Below, one piece after another: positions 42,349-52,726 of a DNA stretch of 64,000 bases (its first letter is position 1; every line of letters starts with the position of its first letter). Origin of the DNA: Candidatus Anstonellales archaeon. Its GTDB lineage: Archaea; Micrarchaeota; Micrarchaeia; Anstonellales; J096. The position numbers were made by a program, and so were the translations under genes. Location: contig JAWAFD010000001.1 in assembly GCA_038890745.1 (NCBI GenBank), positions 156,907-220,906 on the forward strand. Direction: 5' to 3'. A model generated the notes under the pieces. It was given only the letters and a program-made list of their open reading frames with translations. It made no database searches and was not told the origin of the DNA.

Positions 42349-42376
42349 ATATTCGTTAATTATAGTTAACGAATAT
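42349..42376. other. 11-6-11 inverted repeat (dif/tyrosine-recombinase-like site or operator)
   Basis: ATATTCGTTAA TTATAG TTAACGAATAT; arms are perfect inverted repeats. Confidence 0.55.
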
Positions 42377-42397
42377 TTAAATCTTTCGTTTTGGTGA

Positions 42398-42489
42398 GCC
42401 TGCCCGCAAGATGCCGTATCCGATAAAAGTTTTATGTCCTGGGCGCAAAGGAGACCGAGCTCCAAAGGATGAGAGCCCGCGGGGCTGGC
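42398..42489. ncRNA. candidate structured small RNA (unassigned)
   Basis: GC-rich patch in AT-rich intergenic DNA; ends GCCTGCCCGC/GCGGGGCTGGC can pair; TATTTAAA on both sides. Confidence 0.4.
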
Positions 42490-42529
42490 AAAAAGAAACC
42501 TATTTAAACCCAATTTCTCAATAAATCCC

Positions 42530-43327
42530 ATGAAGAAAATTTTTGCTTTGGTTTTGTTTTTCCCCCTGCTTTTTTCGTTGCAGTTAGTTTCACCTATAAT
42601 AAAGGAGATAAAAGAGAATGAGACGGTTTATTTAGGAAAAATAGGCCCGGGACAGACGATAGCCGTGGAGATCTACCCAAAGGTTTTTGAAGGAGGAAAA
42701 TTTGGAAGGGGAGGAAACTATGATTATGCATATGCGTGGGCAATTCCTCTTAAATGGAAATCAACACCGAGCAAGATATACGGAAATCCATTGCAGGTTT
42801 CCCTTACCTCAGCGCCCGATGCTGCAGAGGGGAATTATACAATAGAGATAGATGTTGAGGATGAGGGGAATGGGGAGCTTTTGGGGGTTTTCTCATTCTT
42901 TGTTGTTGTTGAGGTAACGCATGACAACATGGCGCTTTCAGTTGAACCAAAAAAACAAACAGTTGGAATAGGCCAGCCGGCTGTTTTTGCCATAACAATA
43001 GAGAACAAAGTAGATTCTGGGGATATTTTTATAATTTCTTCAAAAGGGGTTCCTGGATGGGAGTTCTCAAAACCGGTGTATGTTCCACCGAGAAGCAAAA
43101 AAACCATAAACTATGAGATTGTGTATGAAGAGGAGGAGCTTTTTGTTGGAAAGATATACGCTCAGTCTCAATCCAGCTCTGTTGTGAAACAAGAGGAAGG
43201 GTTTGCTGTTGATGTTCATTCAGATTTTGTTTCTGACTGCAAGGCAACAAACCATGGCACCCTTCTCTTCTCACCCTTTGAGGGTTTGATCTACTCTCTC
43301 GCAGGAATTTTTGGAATGTTCTTTTAG
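42530..43327 (+). CDS. secreted/membrane-anchored Ig-like protein
   Basis: Signal peptide, beta-rich body, C-terminal hydrophobic tail. Confidence 0.65.
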   Translation: MKKIFALVLFFPLLFSLQLVSPIIKEIKENETVYLGKIGPGQTIAVEIYPKVFEGGKFGRGGNYDYAYAWAIPLKWKSTPSKIYGNPLQVSLTSAPDAAEGNYTIEIDVEDEGNGELLGVFSFFVVVEVTHDNMALSVEPKKQTVGIGQPAVFAITIENKVDSGDIFIISSKGVPGWEFSKPVYVPPRSKKTINYEIVYEEEELFVGKIYAQSQSSSVVKQEEGFAVDVHSDFVSDCKATNHGTLLFSPFEGLIYSLAGIFGMFF

Positions 43328-43828
43328 ATCTACATCAACAAGAATTTTTGAAGTAATGCTATCCACCATTCTATAAAGCCTTTTCGGCAACTCTCCTCTA
43401 AGCATGCTAAGCTCAAGAAGCAATTCGGCTATTCCGCCGTAGAAAACAAAACCAACATTTCCTGAATAGAACACAACTATTTTTCCATCTATAACTATGA
43501 ATGAATTGTACTCCTCCATTTCAATTTTTCTATATTTTATTTCATCATCCGGAACCCTTACCTCTCCATAAACTTTCTTCGCTTCCGCAAGTTCCTTGTG
43601 GGTTGCTTCTTCTTTCCAGCTAAAAGAATCTTCATATATTAGGCTCAATCTTCCATTAGCTTTTTTTATTTCATCAGCAAGCACTTCTCTTGCAATAATC
43701 ATTCTTTTTGTCTTTCCACTCTCCCCTAAAGAAAACTTCAATCCACGCAAAAAACCTTCATCTAAGGAAGAGGTTTGTATGAGCGATATCTTTTGTAGTT
43801 TTCTTGGCAACCTTTGTCTCGCGATCAT
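43271..43828 (-). CDS. hypothetical protein
   Basis: 185-aa ORF; no confident motif. Confidence 0.5.
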   Translation of the reverse strand: MIARQRLPRKLQKISLIQTSSLDEGFLRGLKFSLGESGKTKRMIIAREVLADEIKKANGRLSLIYEDSFSWKEEATHKELAEAKKVYGEVRVPDDEIKYRKIEMEEYNSFIVIDGKIVVFYSGNVGFVFYGGIAELLLELSMLRGELPKRLYRMVDSITSKILVDVDLKEHSKNSCERVDQTLKG

Positions 43829-43911
43829 ACTATATATTAGTGTTTATATCTGTTTTTAAATGTATGTGTTTAGAGGAGGGATTTTTAAACTCTGCACGCA
43901 AAAATATATCC

Positions 43912-45414
43912 ATGAATGAAGCTATAGAGTGGATAGTACAAGAACTAGTAAGGGGAAGGAAGGACATAGAGCAGATTAAAAAAGAGGCTGCCCTAAAATT
44001 CTCCCTTTCCTCCATGCCAAAAAATTCACAGATATTGGTGGGTTTTCCGAAAAACAAACTAACAAAAAAAATCAAAAAAATTCTTTTCAGAAAGCCATCA
44101 AGAACAGCTTCAGGGGTTACACCCATAGCGCTTATGATAAAGCCCGAAAATTCATGCAGATGGAATTGCGTCTACTGCCCCTATACTGGAAAAGCTCCTA
44201 AAAGCTATACTGGTGAGGAGCCTGCTGCACTGCGCGCGAGAATGGCAAACTTTGACCCAGAGGTGCAGATAAAAAACCGGTTAAAACAATACGAGATTCA
44301 GGGCCATCCTACGGATAAGTGCGAAATAATCATCATGGGAGGAACTTTTTTGCAGATGGAGAGGGGGTATAAGGAGGATTTTGTTGAATCAATATACAAC
44401 ACACTGAACGGAAAAAAATCAAAAAATATTCTGGATGCGAAAAAACTAAACGAGCGTGCAGAGCATAGGGTAGTTGGTTTAACGATAGAAACCCGTCCGG
44501 ATGTTTGCATTCCTTATATAGATGAAATGCTTTACTATGGTGCGACTAGGGTTGAGTTGGGCGTGCAGAACCCGGATGATAAAATCTATAAAATGATAAA
44601 CCGGGGGCATGGGGTGAAAGAGGTTGTGGAAAGTACGCGCGCATTGAAGGATGCATGCTTCAAAGTTGTTTATCATATTATGCTTGGCCTGCCCGGATCA
44701 AATCCAAAAAAGGATGTAGAGGTTTTCAAAAAGCTTTTCAGTGAGGAAAGGTTTCAGCCGGATATGTTGAAGATCTACCCAACCCTTCTCATTCCAGGAA
44801 CAAGGCTTTATGAGATGTATAAGGATGGAGGGTATGAACCATATTCTTCAGATGTTGCAGCAGGGGTTATTGTTGAGGCATACAGGTATATTCCCGAGTA
44901 TGTTCGTGTGATGAGAATACAACGAGACATTCCTGCAAATTTAATTTCTGCAGGAGTGAAAAAGAGCAACCTCAGAGAGTTGGTTGAGGAAAGGGCTAGA
45001 GAAAGAGGGAGGGTTTGGGAGATAAGAGCGAGGGAGCCAAGAGAAAATAAGAAATTGCCCAATACATTAGAAATTTTTAGGAGGGAATACATGGCGAGTG
45101 GAAGAAAAGAAATTTTTCTCTCATGCGAAGATGAGAATAGAGAAAACATTTTTGGTTTTGTTCGCTTAAGAATTGGCGAGATCGGATTGATAAGGGAACT
45201 GCATGTTTATGGGCAGGAGGTCGGGATAGGAAAAAGAGGAGGTGTTCAGCATAGAGGAATCGGGAAAAAGCTGATGGGAGAAGCAGAGAGGATTGCAAAA
45301 GAAGAGTTTGGACTGGAAAGGATGAGGGTGATAAGCGGAGCAGGGGTTAGACCTTATTACTATTCTTTGGGGTATAAATTAAAAGAGCCATATGTGGAAA
45401 AGGATTTAATGTAA
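43912..45414 (+). CDS. elp3: tRNA uridine(34) acetyltransferase Elp3
   Basis: RTASGV, CRWNCVYCP, ETRPD, KIYP, RELHVYG, QHRGIG. Confidence 0.95.
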   Translation: MNEAIEWIVQELVRGRKDIEQIKKEAALKFSLSSMPKNSQILVGFPKNKLTKKIKKILFRKPSRTASGVTPIALMIKPENSCRWNCVYCPYTGKAPKSYTGEEPAALRARMANFDPEVQIKNRLKQYEIQGHPTDKCEIIIMGGTFLQMERGYKEDFVESIYNTLNGKKSKNILDAKKLNERAEHRVVGLTIETRPDVCIPYIDEMLYYGATRVELGVQNPDDKIYKMINRGHGVKEVVESTRALKDACFKVVYHIMLGLPGSNPKKDVEVFKKLFSEERFQPDMLKIYPTLLIPGTRLYEMYKDGGYEPYSSDVAAGVIVEAYRYIPEYVRVMRIQRDIPANLISAGVKKSNLRELVEERARERGRVWEIRAREPRENKKLPNTLEIFRREYMASGRKEIFLSCEDENRENIFGFVRLRIGEIGLIRELHVYGQEVGIGKRGGVQHRGIGKKLMGEAERIAKEEFGLERMRVISGAGVRPYYYSLGYKLKEPYVEKDLM

Positions 45415-45426
45415 CTATAGTTACAA

Positions 45427-46347
45427 TCACTCCCCACTCTTTATACTAGCTCCATATTCGTTTAACAGTTTCACCACTTCACACTGATTAGTCTCTATAG
45501 CAAGGGCAAGGGCAGATGGTTTCCCTGGTAAATCCATAGCTACCGCATTTGGGTCTGCACCAAAACCCAAAAGTTTTTCAACCGTTTCAACATCCTTTTC
45601 CTTAATAGCTTCTATTAATGCCATATTGCATAGGTATTGCTCTGGGCAAAGGATTTCCATAAAATTAGATGGTGGTTTTGTTCTGGTAATTTTAAATGCT
45701 TCATCAATTCCAAACCTTTCGACCATTTCTGCTATGAAGTGATATCCTGGGATGTATGGGTTGTATTTTGCCATCAGTTTAGCAACTAATTCTACATCCC
45801 CCCTAAAAAAAATTTTCGCAATAGTTATGTTTTTCGACATCCATTCTCCAAAATAATCCCCAGCCATTCCCTTTGCCATTTCAAAGTTCCCTAAACTATA
45901 AAGCCATCCAATAAATGCTGCCCTCCCTTCCATCAAACACATCCTCGTTATCGTTCCGTCATAATAAAGTTGGTTTTGAAAATCTAGGATATGCATCAAT
46001 TCATGTGCCAGAAGGTATCTTACGCTCTTATAGTAGTTCTTCCTCTCGCTAAAATCTGCTTGTTTCCCTATCCATACTACTGGCGGGTCTGCTGTGGCGA
46101 TATGATAGCTTGGATGGTTCCTTATCTTTTGTGGATTAAGGAGCAAAAACATAAGCCACATTTTTTTTATTTCAGCAAAATGCTCCTTACTTACTTTTTT
46201 TCCTACATCCCTGCTTGTGTCCACTACTGGCTCTTTTATAAATTCCATGCGTGTAACATTTCTAATAAATTTCATGGCGTCATTAAGCTCCTTGTTAAGC
46301 CTAGCTACTCTCACTCCATTTTCTATCTTCTCTTCTAGACTCTTCAT
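45427..46347 (-). CDS. zincin metallopeptidase-like domain fused to C-terminal ankyrin repeats
   Basis: LAHELMH...MEGRA; ALIEAIKEKDVETVEKLLGFGADPN and SALALAIETNQCEVVKLLNEYGA. Confidence 0.75.
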   Translation of the reverse strand: MKSLEEKIENGVRVARLNKELNDAMKFIRNVTRMEFIKEPVVDTSRDVGKKVSKEHFAEIKKMWLMFLLLNPQKIRNHPSYHIATADPPVVWIGKQADFSERKNYYKSVRYLLAHELMHILDFQNQLYYDGTITRMCLMEGRAAFIGWLYSLGNFEMAKGMAGDYFGEWMSKNITIAKIFFRGDVELVAKLMAKYNPYIPGYHFIAEMVERFGIDEAFKITRTKPPSNFMEILCPEQYLCNMALIEAIKEKDVETVEKLLGFGADPNAVAMDLPGKPSALALAIETNQCEVVKLLNEYGASIKSGE

Positions 46348-46404
46348 GTATAATATTTGGCGTAAATACATTTTTAAACATTTTGTATTACTAATTGAAA
46401 ACTT

Positions 46405-47205
46405 TTAATCCTTATACTTTTTTACGTAATCCTCCCTTATTTTCAAAAGTTCCAAATATTCCCTCTGCAACTCCTCAAACTCCCTCTCCTCTTCCTCAGA
46501 GAATTTTTTTATCTGCCTCTCAGCATTTTTTACCTGTATTTTCACGCTTACAGCCTCAAGCTTTTTCTCATTCAGAAGAACATTCTCAGCTTCTTTTTCC
46601 GGAACCCATATTACCCCCCCATTTATCCTTACCATCACCTCGCTTTCATCAGGTTTTCCTTTAAGAAGTTTTTTGTTCCTGAAAATTACATCCATCCCGA
46701 GCCTTCCCATCCTTTTTGCTATTCTCGCAACGAGCGCGCTCTTTTCCCCATCGGTTCTTATCTCCTCTTTCAAACCACCATTTCTTACTGCCTCAACAAC
46801 CTTTTCCTTTTTCTTCAGTTTATTCACATCATCAATAAGCTTTCCTATTTCCTCCTTCAATTCCACATTCCTTTTTATTATCCTTCCCCTCGCTGAAAGA
46901 ATTTCCCATGCCTCACCGGTTTTTGTTTTTAGCGCCCTATCTATTTCATCTTCTTTGAACTCCTTAAGTTTTTTGTTCAACCTCTCAAGCTCTGTTTCCA
47001 TGGGAACAAAAAACACATACTTTTTCTCCTCAAGTATTTTTTCTATTTTTTCAATCTCCTTCTGCAGGTTTTCATTCTCGCTTTTTACCAATTCCTTTGC
47101 GTTCTCATCAGCGCCGGTCCTTTCCATATACCTAAGCTTGTAGTCATTCTCAGCTTTCATCTTTCTAAACTCTATTAGCCTTGCGCACTCTCTCCATAAC
47201 TCCAT
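46405..47205 (-). CDS. coiled-coil hypothetical protein
   Basis: E/K-rich heptads. Confidence 0.6.
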   Translation of the reverse strand: MELWRECARLIEFRKMKAENDYKLRYMERTGADENAKELVKSENENLQKEIEKIEKILEEKKYVFFVPMETELERLNKKLKEFKEDEIDRALKTKTGEAWEILSARGRIIKRNVELKEEIGKLIDDVNKLKKKEKVVEAVRNGGLKEEIRTDGEKSALVARIAKRMGRLGMDVIFRNKKLLKGKPDESEVMVRINGGVIWVPEKEAENVLLNEKKLEAVSVKIQVKNAERQIKKFSEEEEREFEELQREYLELLKIREDYVKKYKD

Positions 47206-47228
47206 GCTAAGTATATTGGAAGAAACAT

Positions 47229-48779
47229 TTAATAATGGTTATTTTTAGCAACGGCTGCAGCAAAAAGCAGAGCAAAAATTATCATTGTGCTATAACATCC
47301 ACCACCGCTTTTTTCCTCCTTGCTACCCTCCTCCCACACTGCGTTTTCTTCTGCTTCCAAAAAGAACTCTTCTAGATAGTTTGCAAGGTTTGTAACCTCA
47401 GCCCCACCCGAGAATCTTGCCTGGCTTCCGTATAGTTTTCCCCACATTGTTCTATACTCCGTTCCGACCTCGCTCTTTTTGCCTGTTCGCGCATCGTTTA
47501 TGGATTTTGCAAAAATGGCCTCATACCCTGCGGCAAGGTATTTCCCCTCATCATAAAGCTTCTTTGCATTCTCAACATGATTTGCGGCCTCAAGCGTAAC
47601 AATCTGTTTTTCGACCTTCCCTATTATCTCCTTTGCGCGCTCTTTGTAAGCACTTTCATTCAAAACCTTTCCACCGCTTTTTTTGTTCAGTTGTTGTGCA
47701 ATCTCGCACCATCCATGTGCGTATTCCAACTTGTTCATGAGAATGTACTTCTCTTCTTTCAGCTCAGGCTTTGCAGCCTTTACGACCTTTACCTCATTCT
47801 CAGCCCATTTTTTTCTTACTTCAGCTCCGACAACCCATTCCCAGTTTTCCTCTGTTTTTTGATTCAGCGTTGTTGCATTGATGCATTCCTCAACCTCAGA
47901 TATTTTTTCCTCAAGCGTTTTTGAATTAACATCCCTGATTGTTCTCAGGTCTGTGAGAATGGTGAATGCATCGTTTGCTGCGCTGTACTGATACCCCATT
48001 CTCAACAGTTCTTTCTGAAGCGCGATGCTCTCCTGCACATAGTTATAAATCTCTTGCGGAATTTTTGCATCGCTCAATTCGCTTTCTTCCATCCCCATCA
48101 TTTCTTCCGCAATCTCATCAAACCCATCCACCTTCCATCCATTCTCTTCTTCCGGGATTTTTTCTGTTCTTTTCAGCTTTATTCCTTCTGGGGTTATGTT
48201 GAGAAACATGAACCCAAGCGCTTCCTCAACACTCCGCACGTACAAAATCGTAAAATTCTCATCCTCAAGCTTCTTTGTAAGCATGTATTCAGATATGCTT
48301 GGCTTAGGTGCCAAAAAGAATTTTTTTCCTATTTTTTTTGAAACCAATGCCTTTTCATACACACCCCCTACGCTCCCGATATTACCGTTTTCATCAACGC
48401 TCCCCGTTGCCATCGTATCCTCTCGAGGGGTCATGTTTGCGAGCAGGGAGTATGCGTATATTGTAAAAACTATTCCCCCAGAAGGCCCATCTATGTTTTC
48501 CACATTTGTGTGAGGAAAAGATATTCTGAAAGAGCATTCCTTTCCAGAGATTTTTTTCGCCAGGTTTGTTGCAGTCATGAAAGAATTTTGCGTTGTAATA
48601 CCTATGTAAGGTGGGATTTCAAGATAGGTTGAATTTCCTTCTCCGATAACCATCACGGCATTAACAAGACCCCCTTCCTCTCCTGCTATTGCCGGAACAT
48701 AAAAAACTACAGACCCATTGCATGCGCTCGCAGCAACGGAAAACAGGGCCAGGATGAATAAAAAAATTCTCATTTTCAT
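47229..48779 (-). CDS. secreted Lon-like (S16) serine protease
   Basis: Signal peptide, DGPSGG, TGSV, VGGVYEK (Ser-Lys dyad), C-terminal anchor. Confidence 0.85.
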   Translation of the reverse strand: MKMRIFLFILALFSVAASACNGSVVFYVPAIAGEEGGLVNAVMVIGEGNSTYLEIPPYIGITTQNSFMTATNLAKKISGKECSFRISFPHTNVENIDGPSGGIVFTIYAYSLLANMTPREDTMATGSVDENGNIGSVGGVYEKALVSKKIGKKFFLAPKPSISEYMLTKKLEDENFTILYVRSVEEALGFMFLNITPEGIKLKRTEKIPEEENGWKVDGFDEIAEEMMGMEESELSDAKIPQEIYNYVQESIALQKELLRMGYQYSAANDAFTILTDLRTIRDVNSKTLEEKISEVEECINATTLNQKTEENWEWVVGAEVRKKWAENEVKVVKAAKPELKEEKYILMNKLEYAHGWCEIAQQLNKKSGGKVLNESAYKERAKEIIGKVEKQIVTLEAANHVENAKKLYDEGKYLAAGYEAIFAKSINDARTGKKSEVGTEYRTMWGKLYGSQARFSGGAEVTNLANYLEEFFLEAEENAVWEEGSKEEKSGGGCYSTMIIFALLFAAAVAKNNHY

Positions 48780-48780
48780 T

Positions 48781-48902
48781 TGCGGCCGCCGGGATTTCCA
48801 AACCCTTTTCCGCTGAAGCGCTTTTAGGCAGCCCGAAAAGGGCTCTTTGAACCCGGGTCGTTGGCTTGGAAGGCCAAAGTCCTACCACTAGACTACGGCC
48901 GC
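48781..48902 (-). tRNA. tRNA-Gly(TCC) with 51-nt intron at 59/60 (48795-48845)
   Basis: GCGGCCG...TTGGC CTTCCAA GCCAA...CCGGG TTCAAA[GAGCCCT...AGGGTTTGGAAA]TCCCGG CGGCCGC A; BHB helix TTCA/TGGA. Confidence 0.93.
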
Positions 48903-48957
48903 TAGGGTTTTTTATTTTCTGGAAAGTGTTTTTAAATGTTCCACGTATTATGCTGGT

Positions 48958-49587
48958 GTGGAAGCCCTGATTTTTATACTCAGCAAAGGAGGAAGGAACG
49001 GTTTTATTCAGATTAAAAACAAAGAGCTGGCGGAATTTCTCGGCATTACTCCTCAAGCTGTTCCCTACGTTATTAGAAAGCTCGAATCAGAAAAACTTAT
49101 CACGAAAAAAGATGGGAAGATAAAAATTACAGAAAAGGGCGTGGAGGAATGCATGAGGTATTATTCGATCCTTAAATCTGCGTTTGAGCGCGATAGACTT
49201 TGCATTCGCGGAAAGGTTGCTTCTGGGCTTGGGGAGGGAAAAAAATTCCTTTCCATAAAAGAATACAGAAAAGGGATATCAGAAGCGATTGGTTTCATAC
49301 CTTTTGAAGGAACACTTAACATTGTTCTTCCGGATAGAGAGGTTTGGAAGAGGGAGGTTTTGATGAGGAAGGAGCCCATCTTTGTACGCGGTTTTAGGAA
49401 GGGGGAGGAGCTGTATGGGGGGCTCTACCTTTATCCATGCAGGATAAACAAAAGGAGGGCGTGTATAATCATTCCTCTTAAAAGCAGGCATCCCTCAAAC
49501 GTTGTTGAGATAATAGCAAGGGAAAATCTGCGAAAAATGCTTAGGCTTAAAAACAATTCGGAAGTAATTGTTGAAGTTGAATTTTAG
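48958..49587 (+). CDS. CTP-dependent riboflavin kinase with N-terminal HTH (RbkR-like)
   Basis: SGLGEGKKF, PFEGTLN, VEIIA..NLR. Confidence 0.88.
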   Translation: MEALIFILSKGGRNGFIQIKNKELAEFLGITPQAVPYVIRKLESEKLITKKDGKIKITEKGVEECMRYYSILKSAFERDRLCIRGKVASGLGEGKKFLSIKEYRKGISEAIGFIPFEGTLNIVLPDREVWKREVLMRKEPIFVRGFRKGEELYGGLYLYPCRINKRRACIIIPLKSRHPSNVVEIIARENLRKMLRLKNNSEVIVEVEF

Positions 49588-50796
49588 GTGGTTTGCTTGG
49601 CAAAAAACATTGTTGTCTCAAAAGGCGGATATACGCCTGTTCCTGAGCTTGATGTTGAGATCGTTGAGAGAAAAGGGCTTGGCCATCCTGATACGATCAT
49701 AGATGGAATAATGGAAGAGATAAGCGTAGAGCTTTGCAAGGCATACCTGAAAGAGTTTGGAACGATCCTCCATCACAATGTTGACAAGGGCCAGATAGTT
49801 GGCGGTGAGGCAAAACCCGAGTTTGGTGGCGGGAAGATCATCCAGCCGCTTTTCATCCTTCTTAGCGGAAGGGCGAGTTATGAGGCAGATGGCAAGGTTT
49901 TCCCTGTTCAGGAGATTGCTCTGGAAACAACAAAAAAATACATAAAACAGAACACAAGATTCCTTGACCCTGATGCTGATGTTGAGATAATGTCAAAGAT
50001 AAGACCCGGAAGCAAAGATCTGGTGGAGCTCTTTTTAAGAAATAAGGGTAAGGTCCCTCTTGCAAACGACACAAGCTTCGGTGTAGGGTATGCTCCCTTT
50101 TCGGATGCAGAGAAGGTTGTTCTTGCTGTTGAAAAATACCTTAACTCAAAGGAATACAAAAAACTTCATCCTGAGGTTGGGGAGGACATAAAGGTAATGG
50201 GGCTGAGAGAAAATAGAAGAATAAAGCTTACGGTTGCGGTTGCTTTTGTAGACCGGTTTATCCATTCAATAGACGAATATGTGAAAGCAAAGGAGCGTGT
50301 TACAAAAGATATTCTAAAAAAAGCGAAGGAAATTACAGATATGGATGTTGAGGTTTTTGTGAACACTGCAGATGATATAAAGAACAACTCTGTTTACATA
50401 ACCGTAACAGGGTTGAGTGCAGAAGCAGGGGATGATGGCTCTGTTGGAAGGGGAAACAGGGTAAATGGTTTGATAACCCCATTCAGGCTTATGACACTTG
50501 AGGCTGCAGCCGGAAAAAACCCAGTCAGCCATGTGGGAAAAATCTACTCCGTTCTTGCATTCAAGATTGCAGAGGATATAAGCAAAGAATACCCAAGTTT
50601 AAGGGATGTGAGCGTTTCTCTTCTCAGCCAGATCGGAAAACCCATAAATGAACCAAAGATGGCCTTTATAGAATTGGTTGGGGATGATGTTGAGCCACTC
50701 AAAAGTAAAGCACGCTACATAGCAGAGCAAAACCTGGAGAATATAGAGGAATTAACAAAACTTATAGTAGGAAAAAAGGTTGGAGTTTTTTATTGA
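49588..50796 (+). CDS. mat: archaeal S-adenosylmethionine synthetase
   Basis: [34 protein letters not shown]. Confidence 0.95.
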   Translation: MVCLAKNIVVSKGGYTPVPELDVEIVERKGLGHPDTIIDGIMEEISVELCKAYLKEFGTILHHNVDKGQIVGGEAKPEFGGGKIIQPLFILLSGRASYEADGKVFPVQEIALETTKKYIKQNTRFLDPDADVEIMSKIRPGSKDLVELFLRNKGKVPLANDTSFGVGYAPFSDAEKVVLAVEKYLNSKEYKKLHPEVGEDIKVMGLRENRRIKLTVAVAFVDRFIHSIDEYVKAKERVTKDILKKAKEITDMDVEVFVNTADDIKNNSVYITVTGLSAEAGDDGSVGRGNRVNGLITPFRLMTLEAAAGKNPVSHVGKIYSVLAFKIAEDISKEYPSLRDVSVSLLSQIGKPINEPKMAFIELVGDDVEPLKSKARYIAEQNLENIEELTKLIVGKKVGVFY

Positions 50797-50875
50797 TTTT
50801 CTATTTTTTCGAATTCTGATGGCTCAGCGTTATGTTTAAATTCCTTACGGTTGGAAATCAAAAAGCCGTGATAGC

Positions 50876-51130
50876 ATGGAAGTGACGGTAGAGCTGACTG
50901 TTGCGGGCATGAAGCAAAGGCACAAATTTAAGACAATAAAGGAGACAACCCCCTTCGGAACCTATGAGCTCATAAACATCCCCCTGACCGTTTCAAAGCT
51001 TGAGCTTCTAAGGATTGCAAATGAAAAAGGGATGCCTGTTTTCAACAATGGTGAAAAATACTTCCCAAAAGGAAAAACAGCAAGGGATATCATAATGGAA
51101 AATAAGGAGAAAGGGAAAAAGAAAAAGTAG
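50876..51130 (+). CDS. hypothetical protein
   Basis: 84-aa ORF with upstream TATA. Confidence 0.55.
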   Translation: MEVTVELTVAGMKQRHKFKTIKETTPFGTYELINIPLTVSKLELLRIANEKGMPVFNNGEKYFPKGKTARDIIMENKEKGKKKK

Positions 51131-52726
51131 TTATGTTTTCAAATTTTCAATTTTCTTATCTAGTCTTTTTTCTGCCTCTATCCTCTCCAGCCCGTACTCT
51201 TTCATGTCCACAAATTTTGCATGTTTGAAAATTAAGGGATGCCTTTCTTTTACGAGCGAGTAGATTTTCTGTGCAACATGCCTATAATCTGGATGGCCTT
51301 GCATCCCGGTTCTCAACTCAGTTAAATGATAGACCTCCCTTGCGTTCATCGTCATGTAAAACCTTATCCTGTATGCGAAGGGAACGCAGTACTGCGCCTC
51401 CTCCCTAAACCTTTCCGCAATCTTTTGGTATGTTTTTTTCGCCTCGTCCATTGCTTTCTCAAATTTTTCTGAAACCCCCGCCTCTTTAAGCTCTTTCGGC
51501 ATATCATACCCAAGATTCGCAGTAAGAAGCTGCCTTTCCTGGGTCAGGATTCTGTGCCTGTGCAGATCCCTAAATGCTCCGAAATTGGTTACTATTTCAA
51601 AAGTATAGTAAGCGTTCTCAAATGCCCTTCCCGGCTTATGCCTCCTATTTTTCCTCTCCCCAACATACGCATTTATTATTCTTTCCTTTTCCTCATCATT
51701 CATCCTCCTTACTTTTTCCATCAACTCATCATAGGTTGTTTGTGAGTAAGGGAATAGAATTGCGCAAACAACTTTCTCTACCCCATCCTCATCCCACCCT
51801 ACAAGCCTTACATCATCACTTTTTTCATAGCTAATTTTTTGCGGGGCAAGATTCGCAGCGTTCTTTCGATTCTTTATGTATTCCTGCATCTCCTTCCCCT
51901 TTTCATCATTCGCTCTTTTCACAAAGGACGGAATAATCTTTTTTAGCTCTTCCTCCATCTCCTCAGCAATCTTCTGCGCTTCTCTGAGCCTTGATGCATA
52001 GAGGGTAGCAAGAAGGTATTCAAAAGCCCTTCCGTTTCCAAACAATCCGAGGTTTGTTAGTGTTGCTGCTGGCAGCAAGCCCCTAAGCAGGTCGCATGTC
52101 TTTGCCCTCGTTGCTGCCTCATAAGCCCTCTCGCTTTCCTCCCCCTTTGGATATTTTTTCCTAACATATTCACTCACTCTCGGGATCAGTTCTGCGTACG
52201 TATCAAAAAGAAAATCTAGCGTTTCCTCGTAAGCATCATCAAACCCAGATTCCATTATTGTTGGCTCTCTGTAATACATGTATCTTCCTTTTTCATCCCT
52301 CTTATCAAAATATACATACCTAGAGCTTTTTTCAAGAGGAGAGAGACCAATCCTTCTATCCTCTATTAATTTTGTTGCAACGTTGCTTACATTCTCAACA
52401 GCAATATGAACGCCAGCAAGCTCACCTACGCTATCATCCCCAAAACCTATGAGCACGCGCTCGTAAAATTTCTCTGCTTTTTCTGTTGCTATCGCGCTTT
52501 TTTCATCTTCCTTCCTCTCTCCGATTATTTCACCAAACCCCATCCCCTCTTTTTTTATAAACTCATCCAAAAGCGTTCTTCTCAAACTTTTTTCGCTTCT
52601 ACTGTACCTTGCAAAAAGCGTGCCTTTTACAACCTCCGGAAGGTTCACCACTCCAAATATGTTTTTATCTAAGTTTGTAAAATATTTTGCTATAATTTTT
52701 TTCTCCTCTTCACTAAATTCGCTCAT
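51131..52726 (-). CDS. thyX: FAD-dependent thymidylate synthase (two-domain form)
   Basis: EKSSRY and RDLHRHR motifs; LLPAAT. Confidence 0.9.
   Translation of the reverse strand: MSEFSEEEKKIIAKYFTNLDKNIFGVVNLPEVVKGTLFARYSRSEKSLRRTLLDEFIKKEGMGFGEIIGERKEDEKSAIATEKAEKFYERVLIGFGDDSVGELAGVHIAVENVSNVATKLIEDRRIGLSPLEKSSRYVYFDKRDEKGRYMYYREPTIMESGFDDAYEETLDFLFDTYAELIPRVSEYVRKKYPKGEESERAYEAATRAKTCDLLRGLLPAATLTNLGLFGNGRAFEYLLATLYASRLREAQKIAEEMEEELKKIIPSFVKRANDEKGKEMQEYIKNRKNAANLAPQKISYEKSDDVRLVGWDEDGVEKVVCAILFPYSQTTYDELMEKVRRMNDEEKERIINAYVGERKNRRHKPGRAFENAYYTFEIVTNFGAFRDLHRHRILTQERQLLTANLGYDMPKELKEAGVSEKFEKAMDEAKKTYQKIAERFREEAQYCVPFAYRIRFYMTMNAREVYHLTELRTGMQGHPDYRHVAQKIYSLVKERHPLIFKHAKFVDMKEYGLERIEAEKRLDKKIENLKT

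Noticed and set aside
34501..42390. Integrated virus or plasmid
   Set aside because: No integrase, replication or structural genes and no flanking direct repeats were seen; treated as a defence island only.
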